A DNA stretch of 63,420 nucleotides, filler included, from Reticulomyxa filosa (GCA_000512085.1; 31 parts of 31 records of this genome joined end to end with filler, not necessarily neighbours in it); one strand, 5' to 3'. Positions 35,575 to 49,869 are shown, counted from the first letter of the whole stretch. Notes: generated from the sequence alone by a model not told the origin. Program-made: numbers and translations.

Positions 35575-36535
35575 ATGAATATTACCGACTCTTCCGCGGA
35601 CGCAGCCGCACAGCCCAAAAAAACCAAAAAAGACCCCCGCGAAGAGACCAGAAGGCATTCCATGTTCCCAAAAGACAAAGAGCTTATCAAAGAGGTTTGC
35701 ACTTGCAATTTATGTGTTTGTTGTTTTTGGGGTTGCTTTTTTATTTTAAGCAAATCACCAACCTATTCGCATTACCACTTGATCGGAGTTATTTGCTCCT
35801 TCACAAACGGATTTTTTTTTTTTTTTTTTTACGGATTCAAATCCAAAAATAAAATAAAAATAAAAGTTTGAAAGTAGAGATCTAATCACTGCACAATTGA
35901 TATTAATGTGCAAGCATTACATATAAATACATATATGCATATATACATATATATATATATATATATATTTACTCATATGTATTGTATGTATAGCAAAACA
36001 TATATGCGACAAAGAAGCCGAAACAGGGAAAAGGTGAGCACGTGGGAAAGTTGAAGAAAGCGTCATTTCGTGTGAAGAATGAAATATTTGTTCTTTATGA
36101 CTATTATCAACCTGTCAAAATACTTGGATCTGGTGCTTATGCTGTTGTCTGGTTCGTTTTCTAGTATTGCTATGCGTTTCTTTTTTTTTTTTTTTTGAAG
36201 AAACAAGAATAAAAATAAAAACTCAAAAAATCAACAAAAAAAAAAAGCAAGCAAACAAAAAAACGTATACAACTCGAGCATAACATATACACATTTTTTT
36301 TTTTTAATATGTATATGTATGTATATTATATAATGTATTTATTTATCTCCTATGCAAATATTGAGTTGCTGTGTGTGAATAATAATAATAACAACAATAA
36401 ATTAGTGAAGCAATTGATACGCGAACTGGACGGAGTGTAGCAATTAAAAAAAATAAGGGGGTGTTTGACCATATCACGGACGCTCGAAGAATACTGCGAG
36501 AAATAAAACTGTTGATGCACTTTAAACACCAAGAT
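35575..36535 (+). CDS. MAP kinase, N-terminal exons (3' partial)
   Basis: Exons 35575-35694, 35994-36151 and 36406-36535 splice to YQPVKILGSGAYAVVCEAIDTRTGRSVAIKK..VFDHITDARRILREIKLLMHFKHQD. Confidence 0.9.
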
Positions 36536-36698
36536 GTTATGAAAATACAAACATTTTTTTTTTAATGTTTCAAATCTTTGTTTTTTTTTTTTTTTTTTNN
36601 NNNNNNNNNNNNNNNNNNNNNNNNNNNNNNNNNNNNNNNNNNTTAATTAATTAANNNNNNNNNNNNNNNNNNNNNNNNNNNNNNNNNNNNNNNNNNNN

Positions 36699-36870
36699 TG
36701 GCGATGAATGCAACAATTTCCAAAAATATAATAAACCTGATCATGATGGACTTTTTTATTTTCAATATTACCATATAATATTCCAGCCATAAATAGTATC
36801 ATTTCAGAATATTTTGGAGTGAGTTGATTGATTAAAATGGAGCATACTTGTTCATGTTTTCCATTGATTC
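36699..36870 (-). pseudogene. Third fragment of the NACHT-HEAT family
   Basis: KHEQVCSILINQ.LTPKYSEMILFMAGILYGNIENKK..SGLLYFWKLLHSSP is nearly collinear with 21624-21896. Confidence 0.75.
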
Positions 36871-38046
36871 TTTTTTGTTATTTCTATATCATCACCATTA
36901 TCTTCTTCTTTATTTGTACTGTATCTTCAATTCCATGCCAACATTGAACAGGCATATAAATCTATTAATTTGCTTTCAATAGCAGGTACATAACAATAAT
37001 AAAATCGATTACGCCAAAATAAAAATAATGCAAATTATAATAAATAAATAATTATTTAATTTTAAAAATAAATAAATATATATGTATATAATAACCTGAA
37101 AAAACAAATAAAGTACCATCCAATACCAAATGCAATATCTTGACATAAATAAGCAATAAATGTATATAATGTTGGCAATAACTTTACATTATGTATCATA
37201 TATAAATTTTTTCTATGATCTTCTTAGTCCACAATTAGCAAACACAAATCTGTTGACAAGTCCAGTTGATGTATGTCCAATATTGCTTCTCTAAACCTTT
37301 TTGCTCTTCGTGGAATACATAACCTGCTGTCAAAAAATATAACCACATCTTCCTTGTTATGTCCTGTTTGTAGTGATAACGACCAGTGTTCTAAATTTTT
37401 TAGCTGCTTTGCAAGGCCAACATAGCTTTCAAAAGTCTTCTTGTTTTTAAGTTGTCCCCAAAGTTTTGGAGTTTTAGTTGTCATGCACTCACTTGTCGGC
37501 GATTGTATACTGTTTAATGCTACCAAAAGGTATACGAGTACAAGAATTGCTGTTGTCTGCAACAGCACTGGTCGTAAAAAAGTGTTCTTCTATCAATTAA
37601 ACTGATACAATCCAAAGCAAACCATTTTATTATTGTTTTCAAAATAATCATGACCAATCTTATACATTTTTGCATCAACAAAAACAATCTTTTTTTAATT
37701 CATCAAATACAACAACAACTCGTCAATTACAACTTTGACATTATTCAAAAGAACCTAAATTATCAGTTCTTGCCGAAAATTACCATTGAAAGTAAAACAT
37801 TGTTTTCAAGCATACAAAAAAAATTAAACGATTTCGTATTTTTCTTAATATATCGGTTTTTGTTCTTTCAAGCAATTGCTTGGAGCAAAACATAATCAAG
37901 CAGCATGGATATCTTGTTTGGCATGATAATTAGTTTTCTTGAAAAACGGAGGATGTCATTTTTTATAGTGTACAGATTGAGAGAAATCTGGAAATTGTTA
38001 AAACAAATTACGTAGAGAATCATTGTTTCAATGTAAAAGCGATTTG

Positions 38047-38101
38047 AAAAGAATAAATATAAATGAAAAGAATAAATATAAATGAAAAGAATAAGTAAAA
38101 A
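38047..38101 (+). repeat. 19-bp tandem repeat (about 2.7 copies)
   Basis: Unit aaaagaataaatataaatg. Confidence 0.7.
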
Positions 38102-38396
38102 TGGAACCAATAATTATATTTCTGAGTAAATTCAAAACATAAAAGATTTTGTTCCATTTTTTATGAATGCAATAGGCATCATTCTCACAAAAAATGAAGA
38201 AGAGAAACACACCACAACATATCGACACACAAAAATGGCTGGAAAAAAAAAGCAATTCGTCCTACTCATATTTCTAGACAACAAAACCAAAAATCCTACA
38301 GCTCCTTCACCCAACAGGAAAATAAAAAAATAATATATTAAACTCGGCGTTCGCAATTTCTGAAAGTAAAAAGATTACTCTTGCTTTTGTGAACGA

Positions 38397-38970
38397 TTAT
38401 TGTCTCTCGTCGTTTGCAATATCCTGAATAATATCGTATACATTGAAAGAAGCATCAGCAGTGTCTTCTCGCTGTTCAGAGGAAATAGGAAGCGACCCAT
38501 CAAATAAGCTTTGGCAATCTTTAAGAATCGCTTCATTCATTTTGGTATACATGCATGCACGTATAATGGATTCATTTAAAAAGTCATTGGACTTGCAAAA
38601 TTCAACAATTTCTATAAAGTCAGACGCAATGAATTTTTCGACATGAACCAGGCAAATCATAAAAGCAACTTTCAAGAAAATGGAAAAATCTTTGACCAAA
38701 AACAAATCCCAAATGTAGAAAGTGATTTTGGGGTCAATGTTTGGATAAGCAAATAGACAATGCAGCCATGGAGACAATATTGCGGTGAGACATCCAAGAG
38801 ACTCCAAGTACTTTTGCAAGCGCGGTAAATGAAGCTGTAGCAACGAATTTAACGCCTTTTCACATTTCACATAACCAGGAAGATCAGGGATAAATAAGCT
38901 TCGTGTGTAATACTTTTCATCACTTAAAATCGGAAAAATGTCCAAAAGGCTTCCTCCTCAGATTCAAATT
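38397..38970 (-). CDS. TBC (Rab-GAP) domain protein, last exon, with a 1-nt frameshift near 38930
   Basis: EEEAFWTFF(fs)ILS...LPG...LLQLHLPRLQKYL....PWLHCLFA......IWDLFL....IFLKVA. Confidence 0.8.
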
Positions 38971-39125
38971 CTATAAAAATTATTGTAATATTTTTTTTTT
39001 TTTTTTTTTTNNNNNNNNNNNNNNNNNNNNNNNNNNNNNNNNNNNNNNNNNNNNTTAATTAATTAANNNNNNNNNNNNNNNNNNNNNNNNNNNNNNNNNN
39101 NNNNNNNNNNGAAAAAAATGTATTG

Positions 39126-39254
39126 TTACGTGTTTTCTGTTATCCAAGTTAAGACAGCCTTTGTCTTTTCAACATTTTCATTACATTTTTTCCATGCATT
39201 TAAGACAATATCTTTATCTATCTTGGGAAATGTTTGTTGAAGTTGTTCGAGCAT
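39126..39254 (-). CDS. CUE-like ubiquitin-binding domain, first exon
   Basis: MLEQLQQTFPKIDKDIVLNAWKKCNENVEKTKAVL has the FP motif and helical spacing of CUE. Confidence 0.5.
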   Translation of the reverse strand: MLEQLQQTFPKIDKDIVLNAWKKCNENVEKTKAVLTWITENT

Positions 39255-40854
39255 GATGAAGTTAAACCTTTTTTTTGATTTAGAACTTCTAAAATTGAAA
39301 ACGACTTTTTTTTTACGTATAGGGGAAGTTTTCAAAGGAAATTTTATTTTATTTTAGCAACTTCTTGAGCTAATGCTTTTTTTGAAAGCGCAAACATGAC
39401 TTGAGACATCAAAAGTGTTATTTAAAAGATTTTTGTCCTTGAATAATTTTCGGAGATTTTATCACAAAAATGATTTTTTTTGGTTTGTGCAAAAGTTGAA
39501 CTAAACAAAAAAAAAATGGCTGGACTATTTCCATGTTTGAATTTTTGCTCATACATAAGAAATTTTTACTAAACATTGGTTTAAAAAAGTCGTCAAAACA
39601 ATTTTTGCAGTGCTTTTTGTTTATGCACCCATGCATAAAAAAAAGTCACTGCGTGGAAAGTAGACCTTCCAGTGAATAACTTTTATGATCACAAAAGATT
39701 ATTTCGAGCGCGTGCATCAATTAAAAAAATGATATAAAAAAAAGCAGACAAATGAACATAATGAAATAAACATTGCACGAAGTAGATTTATTCCAAAGAA
39801 AATCCGTCCAGTAAATTAAGCACAGTTAAAAAAAAGAAAGAATATTATAATGTTCTCACGTCATCATAGAATTTTATCGATACTTAAGCTTTAGCACAAT
39901 TTCGCTACAGCTACCAAAGGTAAAAAATTAGAGTGAAGACATGGGTTTTTATTTAATTTTTTTTCTTAGGCTCCTCCAAGCTCAAATTACTTCGGCAAAT
40001 AATTACAATTTGTATATGCCAAAAAAGAAAAAACCAAATACGATGATCTCATCATTTACATTTCAAATCATTTTTTTCCTTTTTCTCAAGCTCAGTGCAA
40101 CTCTCTGAAACAGGAATTGTTAATTTTCGATGTCTTTACCACATTTGAAGCAACCAATACAGGTGGGTATGCAAGTTACCAGAGGACTATGCAGCATGCA
40201 AATGACAAAAAGAGACTATTGCGGATATTTGGATGTTATCACGGAGAATTGAAGATGATGAAATATGCAAGCGTTTGAAAGAAGAAAACAAGTGTACAAT
40301 GGTATCTCGTAATAGATAGTATCAACAGCCAGCAAATTTGTATCAAATGCCGAGGTTAGAGGATGCAATAGCAATGTATTGTTTATTACGTATTTCAAGT
40401 CGATTGATGTGTTTAATAATATAAGCACTCGCAAATCTATTGTATTATTTTGACTTGTGCCGAAAACGACGAAGCACAGCAGCTGCTGAGTATTTGAAAA
40501 TTGCATATAATTTATTAAGAGATTAAAATAGATTCACATCTAAAATCTATGGAATTATGTATCGTCAATAATGCACGATGGCAAAAATGAATCGTGTTGT
40601 TCAAATGATCAAATAATTCGACAGTGAAATACCAATTCAACTATGTTTTCTTTTTGTACATTCGTGCAAGAACTTGATGCAATACCACTTTCTAAACAAT
40701 TAGAATTGCAACAAATGTTTCTTCTATCATTCGTTTAACTTATTTACAGAGTGGNNNNNNNNNNNNNNNNNNNNNNNNNNNNNNNNNNNNNNNNNNNNTT
40801 AATTAATTAANNNNNNNNNNNNNNNNNNNNNNNNNNNNNNNNNNNNNNNNNNNN

Positions 40855-40925
40855 AATAATAAGAGATACTTGGTCACCAGCAAAGATCGTGGATTCTTTG
40901 TTCGACCAGAAAGTATAAAGATGAC
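40855..40925 (+). pseudogene. Possible tail of a CAP-Gly domain
   Basis: NKRYLVTSKDRGFFVRPESI resembles KRYF....GxFVRP. Very short. Confidence 0.3.
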
Positions 40926-42789
40926 AAAGTACAGTTCAAATTTAATGTAAGATCAACAATATCACGAGAACGCTTTGCCAAATTGAAACATTCGAAATGC
41001 GTCTCCAAAAGAAACAACAAGCTGTAATAATTGGAAATAAAGAAGTTGGATGCCGAAATTCACAATAAACAGAAGCAAGAAGAAAATCCCAAAACTTGTT
41101 GAAAAGAAAATCAACAGTAGATTTTGAGCTTATTTTAAAAAATTTTCTTGTCAGTCAACATTTTATCACGTTTAGTGCAATTAACTCAATAAAATTCCAA
41201 TATTTTCTCCTAGTAACTGTAAATTTATAATTTGAGCGAAAATCATTTTACATAACAAAAAAGAAATAAACAATTATGCAAAACAAGGTACCACTGATAG
41301 AAAGGAAGATTTATCATTGATGGAATATCGAAACATATATCGATAGAATGAATCTAAACACTACTACATAAGAAACACTCATTTCATGATGAAAATATTC
41401 ACATCAATGAGTTACTCAAAAATACGGCAATCTTTGCTATGTAAATCTTTTGTTTTGCTTGGAAATGACTATGATGTGAAAGAGACCAGCACAATGTACA
41501 ACAAATACAAAAAATTTTCGATATTATTTACATTGAATAAGTGAATATTATTGCTATTTGAATACACATATCACATTTCAAAGTTCGAATGTTAGATCAT
41601 ATCATTACTGTAATCGAAATATAGTTTGATGCCTACATTTGAATGTAATTTCAGCATGCTTTTGATTTTTTTTTTCAATTATAAAAACTTAAAATATAAT
41701 ATTTTGGAATCTTTTTATTGTTCACACACAAAACACAATATACAATAATTTAAATATTTTGATGTCTCATAAACGAACATTATTGTTATGTGAAGCAAAC
41801 ATAAATATCGGTCATTATTAAATGTTGATCATTTAATTCCAACAAAGCTACTAGCGTTAATTGAATTGATGACAAATGATTTTATCATCACGGCTGTCAT
41901 TGTCATCATTGTTGGCCTCTCTTCATTCTGTTTTCTTATTTTTATATACTTTTTAGCCCATTTTTGCTTTCTTTTTTATTGTTTTATTTACTGTCCATGT
42001 TTTCATCATCATCTTTTTTTTGGAATTTCCTATCTTTATTCTCATTGGCTTCAGATTCTATCTTCCTCCTCTTTTTCTTTTTCTTTATCATCTTCTTGAC
42101 ATCAACTCGAAACAACAAAAGAGAGAAAAATCAGTCTATTACATATTACCACCTGCAATTAATTCCAGTTATCATTTTTTTCAAAGACAGCAAGACGAAC
42201 CAAATCAATCCATTTACATATTTTCGACTTTCTTTTAAAATATTAAAATCCAGAAATTTTTTGCGAGAAATTTAATTAGACTAGAAAGATATCATGTGAA
42301 CTAAAGATTGTGCATTTTTTTTAAATAATAATTTCAACTGTCAAACAAACCACAATTCACCAAAAAGAAATTTTTTAATCAAAAAATTTGATGCAAGTGT
42401 CAAATACTTGCAATAAATATGCCACCAACTTGACATTGTTCAAATTTCACTTCACTATTGTTTGCTAGAGCCGCAACCATTACAACCACTTTCCAATTGC
42501 TCGATAAACAGGTATTGTACTCTTTGAAGATCTATATTAGATACGTATGTATTAATTATACAATGTTTTAATCACATTATAAGAAAATATTATAACTTGG
42601 AATATAGGTTGCACATGATAATAATCAGCTCACCACTTTCAAATTGTTCGATTTCTTTTCAATATATCATGCACCACATTACATGATATNNNNNNNNNNN
42701 NNNNNNNNNNNNNNNNNNNNNNNNNNNNNNNNNTTAATTAATTAANNNNNNNNNNNNNNNNNNNNNNNNNNNNNNNNNNNNNNNNNNNN

Positions 42790-43792
42790 TGATTTAATGA
42801 TCTAAACTTAATGTATGACTATGAGATGGCAGATGAAATTCAAAAGCTTGCTCGTTTGTTTATTAGTATTGTCATCATGATGATAAAGGAATGTTCAGAA
42901 TTAGTGATGTAAGTCCTTTGTCATACGTTGAATAAATATTGGGTGTGTTCACATGTTGTTTTTTTTTTTCGTTGGAATTTTTATGTGAATACACGTATAC
43001 GCAAACGTGCAAAACACTACTCACTCCAATAGAAACAACAAAGAGGTACGCTTTTGAATGAAGAAAAAATGGCTGAATATGAAGAATTCCGAAAAAAAAT
43101 TGTGGAAAATGTCCAATTGGATTACTTTTTTGAAAATTGTTGGAAAGTTAAGTAATGAATGTTTTTGCTCAATAAATCTTGAACAAAAAAAATGCAACAT
43201 GTGAGTATAGATTGGTAAAGTGTTGAAAGTGAAACAATTGGAAACGAATGGATAAACAAGTTAACAACATCTATCTATATAAAAAAAAAAAGCAACCTTT
43301 GTATTCAAATGAAGATCAATCAAATTTAATTTTTTTTTTTGGATACATTACATAAAACATAAACATTGAAATAATATAGATAACTCGAGTCTCCAAAAGC
43401 TTTTAACACAAGCAAAAGATGGATCGTACAAGCGGTAGTGTTTCCGATCAATCCAGAGAAATTGACAATGAAGACGATCAAATCGATGAAGGAGTTTTTA
43501 CGATTTATAGAGTTTGGTTATGCATTCGTGATGTACAAATTTGAAACTTACGTATTTTTTTATGTATTATCAGACATAAAGATAACAATCTAATCATAAA
43601 TTAAATTTTGTTTATTGTTTTTTTGATATGGTGACTTAGGGCAAGTATCATTTCATGTGGTCATGCTGGAGGTTTTGAGATGCTGTTGAAGAGTCTGGAT
43701 AATCACAAACCTAACATGCATGTCAAAACGATTAGTCTCATTTTGACAACCCTTGCAAAGTCAGTGAAAGCATTAACATGTAGTACTTATCA
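42790..43792 (+). CDS. Multi-exon fragment of a hypothetical helical protein
   Basis: Several short frames bounded by GT..AG and poly-T/A introns. No family recognised. Confidence 0.3.
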
Positions 43793-44930
43793 GGCATTTA
43801 TATTTCCTTTGCATGACCTTGTGTGTGTGTGTNNNNNNNNNNNNNNNNNNNNNNNNNNNNNNNNNNNNNNNNNNNNTTAATTAATTAANNNNNNNNNNNN
43901 NNNNNNNNNNNNNNNNNNNNNNNNNNNNNNNNTTGAGTATGTTCAAAAAAATATTTATTAAAAAGACAAAAACAGTTATAAATATTTTTTCTTTGCAGAA
44001 ATTGCTTGATTTCAATGAAATAAGTTATATTTGTGATAAGACTTGACTCGACATTATATTATTGTTATTGGCATTTTTATTGCGATAATAATTTTTTTTT
44101 CATTTCCTTAAATTTACTATCATAATTCCAAATATCAAACCAACTATTTTTTCAGTTTCCGCAAGAACGACGATTTCTTTGGTGAAGACACCGCAGAAGA
44201 AGAGAAAGAAAATGCACAGCCTAAGCGAGACTTGTCAATATCAGATTTGACATATGTTGATAGATCAATTGAAGTCGAAAGCAAAAACGAAAGTTTCATC
44301 CCACTTTCTGGTTATAACGTAAATGAAATGGATGAAAGCAGTAAAACATTGTATATGTGGGATCGGACAAAAATGAAGGAATTTGCAAAAAAAGGCGTCT
44401 TGAACAAAATCCAAGATGTTAACAGTGTATTCAACCAATATATTCATTCAGTTTATATCATAAAACGTCAAAGCGGACCAAGCATTAGACTTACAAACTT
44501 AACATTAATCTTGAAAAATTATAGCTAACGCTATGAAAGAGCATTCTATCGAATGAGATGTTTTGAGTTTGCATATACTTGGTCCTTCCAATGCTCTAGG
44601 GTAACCGTTCTGCTGTCATTATTTGCAATAATGCTGAAGTGACATATAAATTACGCGATGTTCTTGAATAAATGCAACAAGACTTTGGTTGATGAGAAAT
44701 AAAAATTTATTGTTATGATAGTGGCATTATGAAATAGAGAAAGTTTGGACGCAGTCTGTCAAAAAAAGTACAGCTTAAGGGGGGGACTCAAAAGTTAGAT
44801 TGTTTTTCCTGTGAAAAGTTAATGAAAGAATGAATACCACTACTACAAAAAAAAAACTACATCATCTTTGGTAAGTTTTCTTCTCTTGAATCGAAGCAAG
44901 GCGTACTAAGATGACTTAACAAAAAAAAAA

Positions 44931-45522
44931 GTCAGAAAAAACAGTAAAAAAAATAATTAAAAATTGCCTTCGAAATGAAAATGTAAAATTAAAATGGATC
45001 AGCGATTTTGACAAATTTGTTTTTAAATATGTTAAGTGCTATTTTTTTTAAAAAAAATTCAAATTGAACAATTTATTCATTATTCATTATCACAAATTTC
45101 TTCAATGAAATAGACCAGCCCTTTTAAATTGTTGCGAATATTAAAATATGATTGCATCGTACATAATATAAATTTTTATCAGATGGTTATAAGATTATTT
45201 CAGCGTCAGTTGATGGAGCAGTTAACGTCTGGAACATCAAATCAGGGATACGACATCAGCTATATCTAAACTTTTGTGACAGATGCTATATTGCAAATTT
45301 TGCACCTGATGGAAATACATTTGTCGTGGGCTCAGAAAAGCACATTCGATTGTTGAACTTGAAAGAAGATACAATGCGAGAATTAAAAGGCATTATGAGG
45401 CAATATATGATGCAAGCCTTTCTCCAGATGGTAAATACCTTGCATCGACAAAACTATACGAGTATGGGATGTGGATTCTGGAAGAGAGATACACAAAATG
45501 AATAATAAGAGCACAGTACAGA
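44931..45522 (+). pseudogene. Divergent WD40-repeat gene with frameshifts
   Basis: VKKIIKNCLRNENVKLKWISDFDKFVFKY, an intron, then DGYKIISASVDGAVNVWNI..FAPDGNTFV..SPDGKYLAS..IRVWDV. Confidence 0.7.
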
Positions 45523-45622
45523 NNNNNNNNNNNNNNNNNNNNNNNNNNNNNNNNNNNNNNNNNNNNTTAATTAATTAANNNNNNNNNNNNNNNNNNNNNN
45601 NNNNNNNNNNNNNNNNNNNNNN

Positions 45623-46071
45623 ATGATAACACTCCACACCACCCAGACGAACAGAAATGTGGCGGCTGATAAAGTAATGATCAGAGATTTGGACACCTCC
45701 AGCAATGACTGGTAAAAGGTCGTATACAGTCGCAGTAACAAGTACGCATATAAGCACGCACGACCATTAAACTTGAAAAATCCGGGCATATGGCGGTGAA
45801 TGCAAGAGGGATGAAAGTCCACTATATAGCTTATACCATAGTTGATAAACTGAAACAATATGAATACATAGTTGCAAAACATATTGCCACAATAAAAGTA
45901 GTGACACCATTGTGAATACCGAAGCAATTGCTGTCGTCCTTTCACTTCAAAAAACCCGTGATACACAATTTGATACAGCACATGCAACGTCAGTGCGCTG
46001 ATTGCCAACAGACTACACGACGTGAGAATAAAATCGAACCACATGTAGTTCTCCCAGTTTGAGAATGCCAT
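45623..46071 (-). CDS. Multi-pass membrane protein, 7TM/GPCR-like N-terminal half (3' partial)
   Basis: Four hydrophobic segments, a Cys before the third, and YAYLLLRLY..F at its end. Confidence 0.5.
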
Positions 46072-46599
46072 TATTTTGTTGTTATTTTGCTTGTTTGTTG
46101 TTCCTTTCTCTTTCGTGTTACTTACTGAAGCAAAACAAACAAGAATTAGATCTTAAAATTCAATGCGTTTCTTAAAAAGTTCTTTGCGTAGTAAAAGCAA
46201 CAGCTTAGCCAATTACACTATTTGTCCGAACGTGTTTTTTTAATAGATGTGGCAATACTCTTTCGATAAATCATAAAAGTTTGTGTTTTCATATAAATTG
46301 ATTGTTTTATTGAGTTATATTTATATTGCCAGCTTCTCTCATCACAGTGTAATAAAAGCAATTCTTTTAACCAAACACAAATTGATGAGATCTAAACAAT
46401 ATCGCAGCAAGTGTATAAAAAAGTTAGTCGATGGCTCAACAGAAGCAAACACAAACAAGTTTTTTGCAAAATTGTTTGTCCACATTAAAATGAATTTTTT
46501 TTCATAAACATAATTAATACTATGATATATTAATTCTAAACATAAATACTAAATCCTTGACACGCTCTGCTTCTTGAGTTGAAATATTATTCAAATACA

Positions 46600-46970
46600 A
46601 ACTTTCTTTGTATTTTTCTTTTGTTAATAATACGTTTATCTGGTGTAAGTAACATTTTCCATTTTGATTCAAATAAACAAATAATATTCAAACTAGTTTC
46701 ATCTGGCATAAACACTTCTATATCTTTTTCATCGAATATGATATGGAAGTCAAATTACAATATCATATGCAAAAATCATTCATTGAATTGGATGTCTTCT
46801 TGTTACCACTTTCACAGTCTTGTTTTCAGAACATTGCAGACGAATACATTTTTCAAGCATTACAAAGATGTTTTAGTGTTTCATATCTGTAAATGTGAGA
46901 TTGCTTCATTATTTCATTATTTTATTTGCCAGCCTCAATTGGATAATATCATTTTCGTTTTATAAGTTAT
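46600..46970 (-). mobile_element. Highly degenerate LINE reverse-transcriptase remnant
   Basis: PIQ*MIFAYDIVI (relic of FADD) ... SLNIICLFESKWKMLLTPDK, matching SKWKMLLAPDK at ~53680. Confidence 0.55.
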
Positions 46971-47567
46971 AACAATTTTATTTATTGATGAAAATTCACT
47001 TTCAATTCTTGAAATTCTTGCATTTCATGAGACAATTACATATTTGTTTTATGTAAACTCTTGAGCGCTTGTTGAACAGTTCGTGCCTAAGGAATGGAAA
47101 TTGTTTTCGTGGTTTTTGTTTTTCCATCGAAGCTGTTTTATTTCTACTTGCTTTCTTTTTGTGTTCTTGTTTACAGTTTTCCAAGTGAAGCAGAAAGAAA
47201 CACGTTCAAAGGAGCAAAGTTTTTTCTAAAAAACAAAAAAAGTAACACAACTTCGAAAAATCGGACACCCTTTCCCCTCTTCTCGTGTTAGTCTTATCAT
47301 TTAAGTTTTTAAAAAATCATGTGATCATTGTTTGGTGTTTTGATCTCATTTAACAAAGTTTTGATTCTTATTCCTCATTTTTTTTTACAAAGGATAAGAG
47401 GTTCAATCTTTTCATTTTGTTTTCAAGCCCGTTTTTTCTTTGACAATCAAATAACATTGAATATATGGAAAACGACGCTCCGAAGTGCTTCCTTGAAGTG
47501 AACTTCTTCCTCAAAAAAAAAACACTAGAAAATTCTTTATAAATCTTGGTAACACAAGAACCAAAGA

Positions 47568-47749
47568 ATGCAGGAAGAAAAAGCCTTAGAAGAAGCAACA
47601 AAAAATATAACTTCAACTTTACTCACTGGATCGTGTTTTGATAAGCAGTGGATTTTACAAACAAACGAAGCAGAAAAAATCAATGACTACGTTTGTTTAA
47701 TTTGCCGACAAATTGCAAACAATGCTTTGGAATTGAATTGTCCCCAACA
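47568..47749 (+). CDS. RING-finger (TRAF-like) protein N-terminus (3' partial)
   Basis: SCFDKQWIL...YVCLICRQIANNALELNCPQ; the first RING ligands are present. Confidence 0.55.
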
Positions 47750-47849
47750 NNNNNNNNNNNNNNNNNNNNNNNNNNNNNNNNNNNNNNNNNNNNTTAATTA
47801 ATTAANNNNNNNNNNNNNNNNNNNNNNNNNNNNNNNNNNNNNNNNNNNN

Positions 47850-48756
47850 AAAAAAAAACGCTTGAACAACTAAAAAAAAATCACAAGATTTTGGAGAGCA
47901 AAATTGGAGCCAAGGATCATGATCTGCAACAGGCGCAGAAAATTGTGTCCAAAGGGGACGCGGATGATGTAATGGGTTTTACCAGGGATACAGGTGGTGA
48001 CGATAAAAACATGACAAACATACCAGAGATGACGAGAAGTATGACAGTGAGAACAATGATAGTGACCATGACGATAATGATAACAATGGGGGGGATGAGG
48101 AGACTAATAACGAGAAAGAAGATGAGGAAGTCTCGAAAAACAAAGTAACGCCGGATACGATGTCCAGATATTCCCATGAGGAACTGCTTGAGTATTTGAA
48201 GACACGAGGGGATCACTCAGTCATGACCCCTTGGATTGACTACGTACGTAATCATCCGCAAATCGATGGGCTCGCCTTTGCCACTATCGATGAGACGCAC
48301 TTGCAAAGTGCCTTCCGCACTATCGACTCCAAAAAATTATTGCCTTTGACTGCTTTTTTGATGCGCCACTATCTACAACATAGACTTAGTTCCATCAATA
48401 CCAATGCCAACGAAAATGTCGATAAGGCTGACAAGGATGACAAGGATGACATACACAATTCTAGAAACTCTACTGTTGCAAACGTTGCTCGCGACCTCAA
48501 TTCTGACAAATTCAATGCTGATGAAAATGACACTACCGAAAGCGAAACGGAAAAGAAGTTGCAAGAAAAAATTCAACAGCTGGAAAGAGAAATCCAAGAA
48601 ATGGAAAAGTATTTGTGTGACAAATGCAAAAGCGGAAAGAAAACTTATCGATTGAACCCTTGCTATCACTTTGTTTGTGAGGAGTGTGTTATCACCATTA
48701 AACTATGTCCTACTTGTAATTCTAGTGTCGAGTCTACTGAAAAAACTTTTCCTTAA
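47850..48756 (+). CDS. SAM-like + coiled-coil + C-terminal C3HC4 RING protein (5' partial; one A missing at 48005-48009)
   Basis: YSHEELLEYL...IDGLAFATIDETHL (SAM-like); KLQEKIQQLEREIQE; CDKC...LNPCYHFVCEEC....LCPTC. Confidence 0.75.
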
Positions 48757-49841
48757 AATTTCTTTTTCTCGCATTGTCGTTTTGTTTCACTTTCAAAAAA
48801 AAAAAATTTTTTTTTAAAAAAAAAGCATGTTTTGAAAAAAGTAGTTAGACAATCACATTTCAACGTTATAATCGAACAAAAAAAATCTTGCTCTTTTCAA
48901 TTAGAATCGCCCAAATTATGCATGATCTCACACAAAAAATCAAGTAAAAGAGCATCCACAACAGCAAAAAAAAGATTAAATTGTGATGCGAATCACACAA
49001 AACAAAATAAAATCACATCGATGTTAAATAACAATTTGTTTTGCAATTATTTGGATCATAAAAAAAGAGAACAATTTACAAAAAAAAAAAGAGAGTGAGC
49101 ATTTTACAAACGACTAAACGTCTTTTTTTTATTGTTGACGTTTTTTTCTCTTATTTTATTAACTTGTCCGACAGTGTGATGCTTTTCCAAATTTTGGCGA
49201 TTTTGTCATTACATCACTTTGATCTCGGAAGCGTTGGCAACACAAAGTTGTCTTGTTATGATCAACATGAAGCAGCTGAAGTTAGTCATAGAATATTTTT
49301 ATGATAATATTTTGAACGACGGTCAGCTTTCAAAGATATTATTGAGTTGGCAGTGCTGGTATTTAGTCGACAACCTAAAGATATAAAAAAATTTTCAATA
49401 GAAATGCCAAACACAAATAAATAACAAAGAATTGTTGTTGTAGCGGTAAAGTCTGATAACACTGTAAAAGCATTTGAAAAATATTGAAATTAGACAAATC
49501 GTATGAAATATTTTTAGTGCAGCAAAATGGATTTGTGGACGCAAATACCGATGTTTGACATAGCACGTTGTTGACATGTATAAACTAAAACTGATAGTCA
49601 TATAGCTTGTTTGTGATACTGTTTTCATTCAATTATCAGACAGAAAGTACGACAAAGCTCGAAGACTCATAATGCAAAGTCCAGTAATGTCAAGATGCTC
49701 TTGATCGATATTTGAAAGCAACGTCAACTTGAATAACAATGACAAATGCAATAGCAACAACCAAGGTAATAACATGTTTCGTGTATTTAATACTAATGGA
49801 GACTGCAGCAGAGGCAAGCAGTTTAGAATGTTTTTTCCATA

Positions 49842-49869
49842 TACAGTAGAATGCAAAGTAAAGTTGACA
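49842..49869. repeat. 28-bp dispersed repeat, possible Tc1/mariner/pogo terminal repeat (copy 2)
   Basis: Identical to 1651-1678. Confidence 0.5.
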
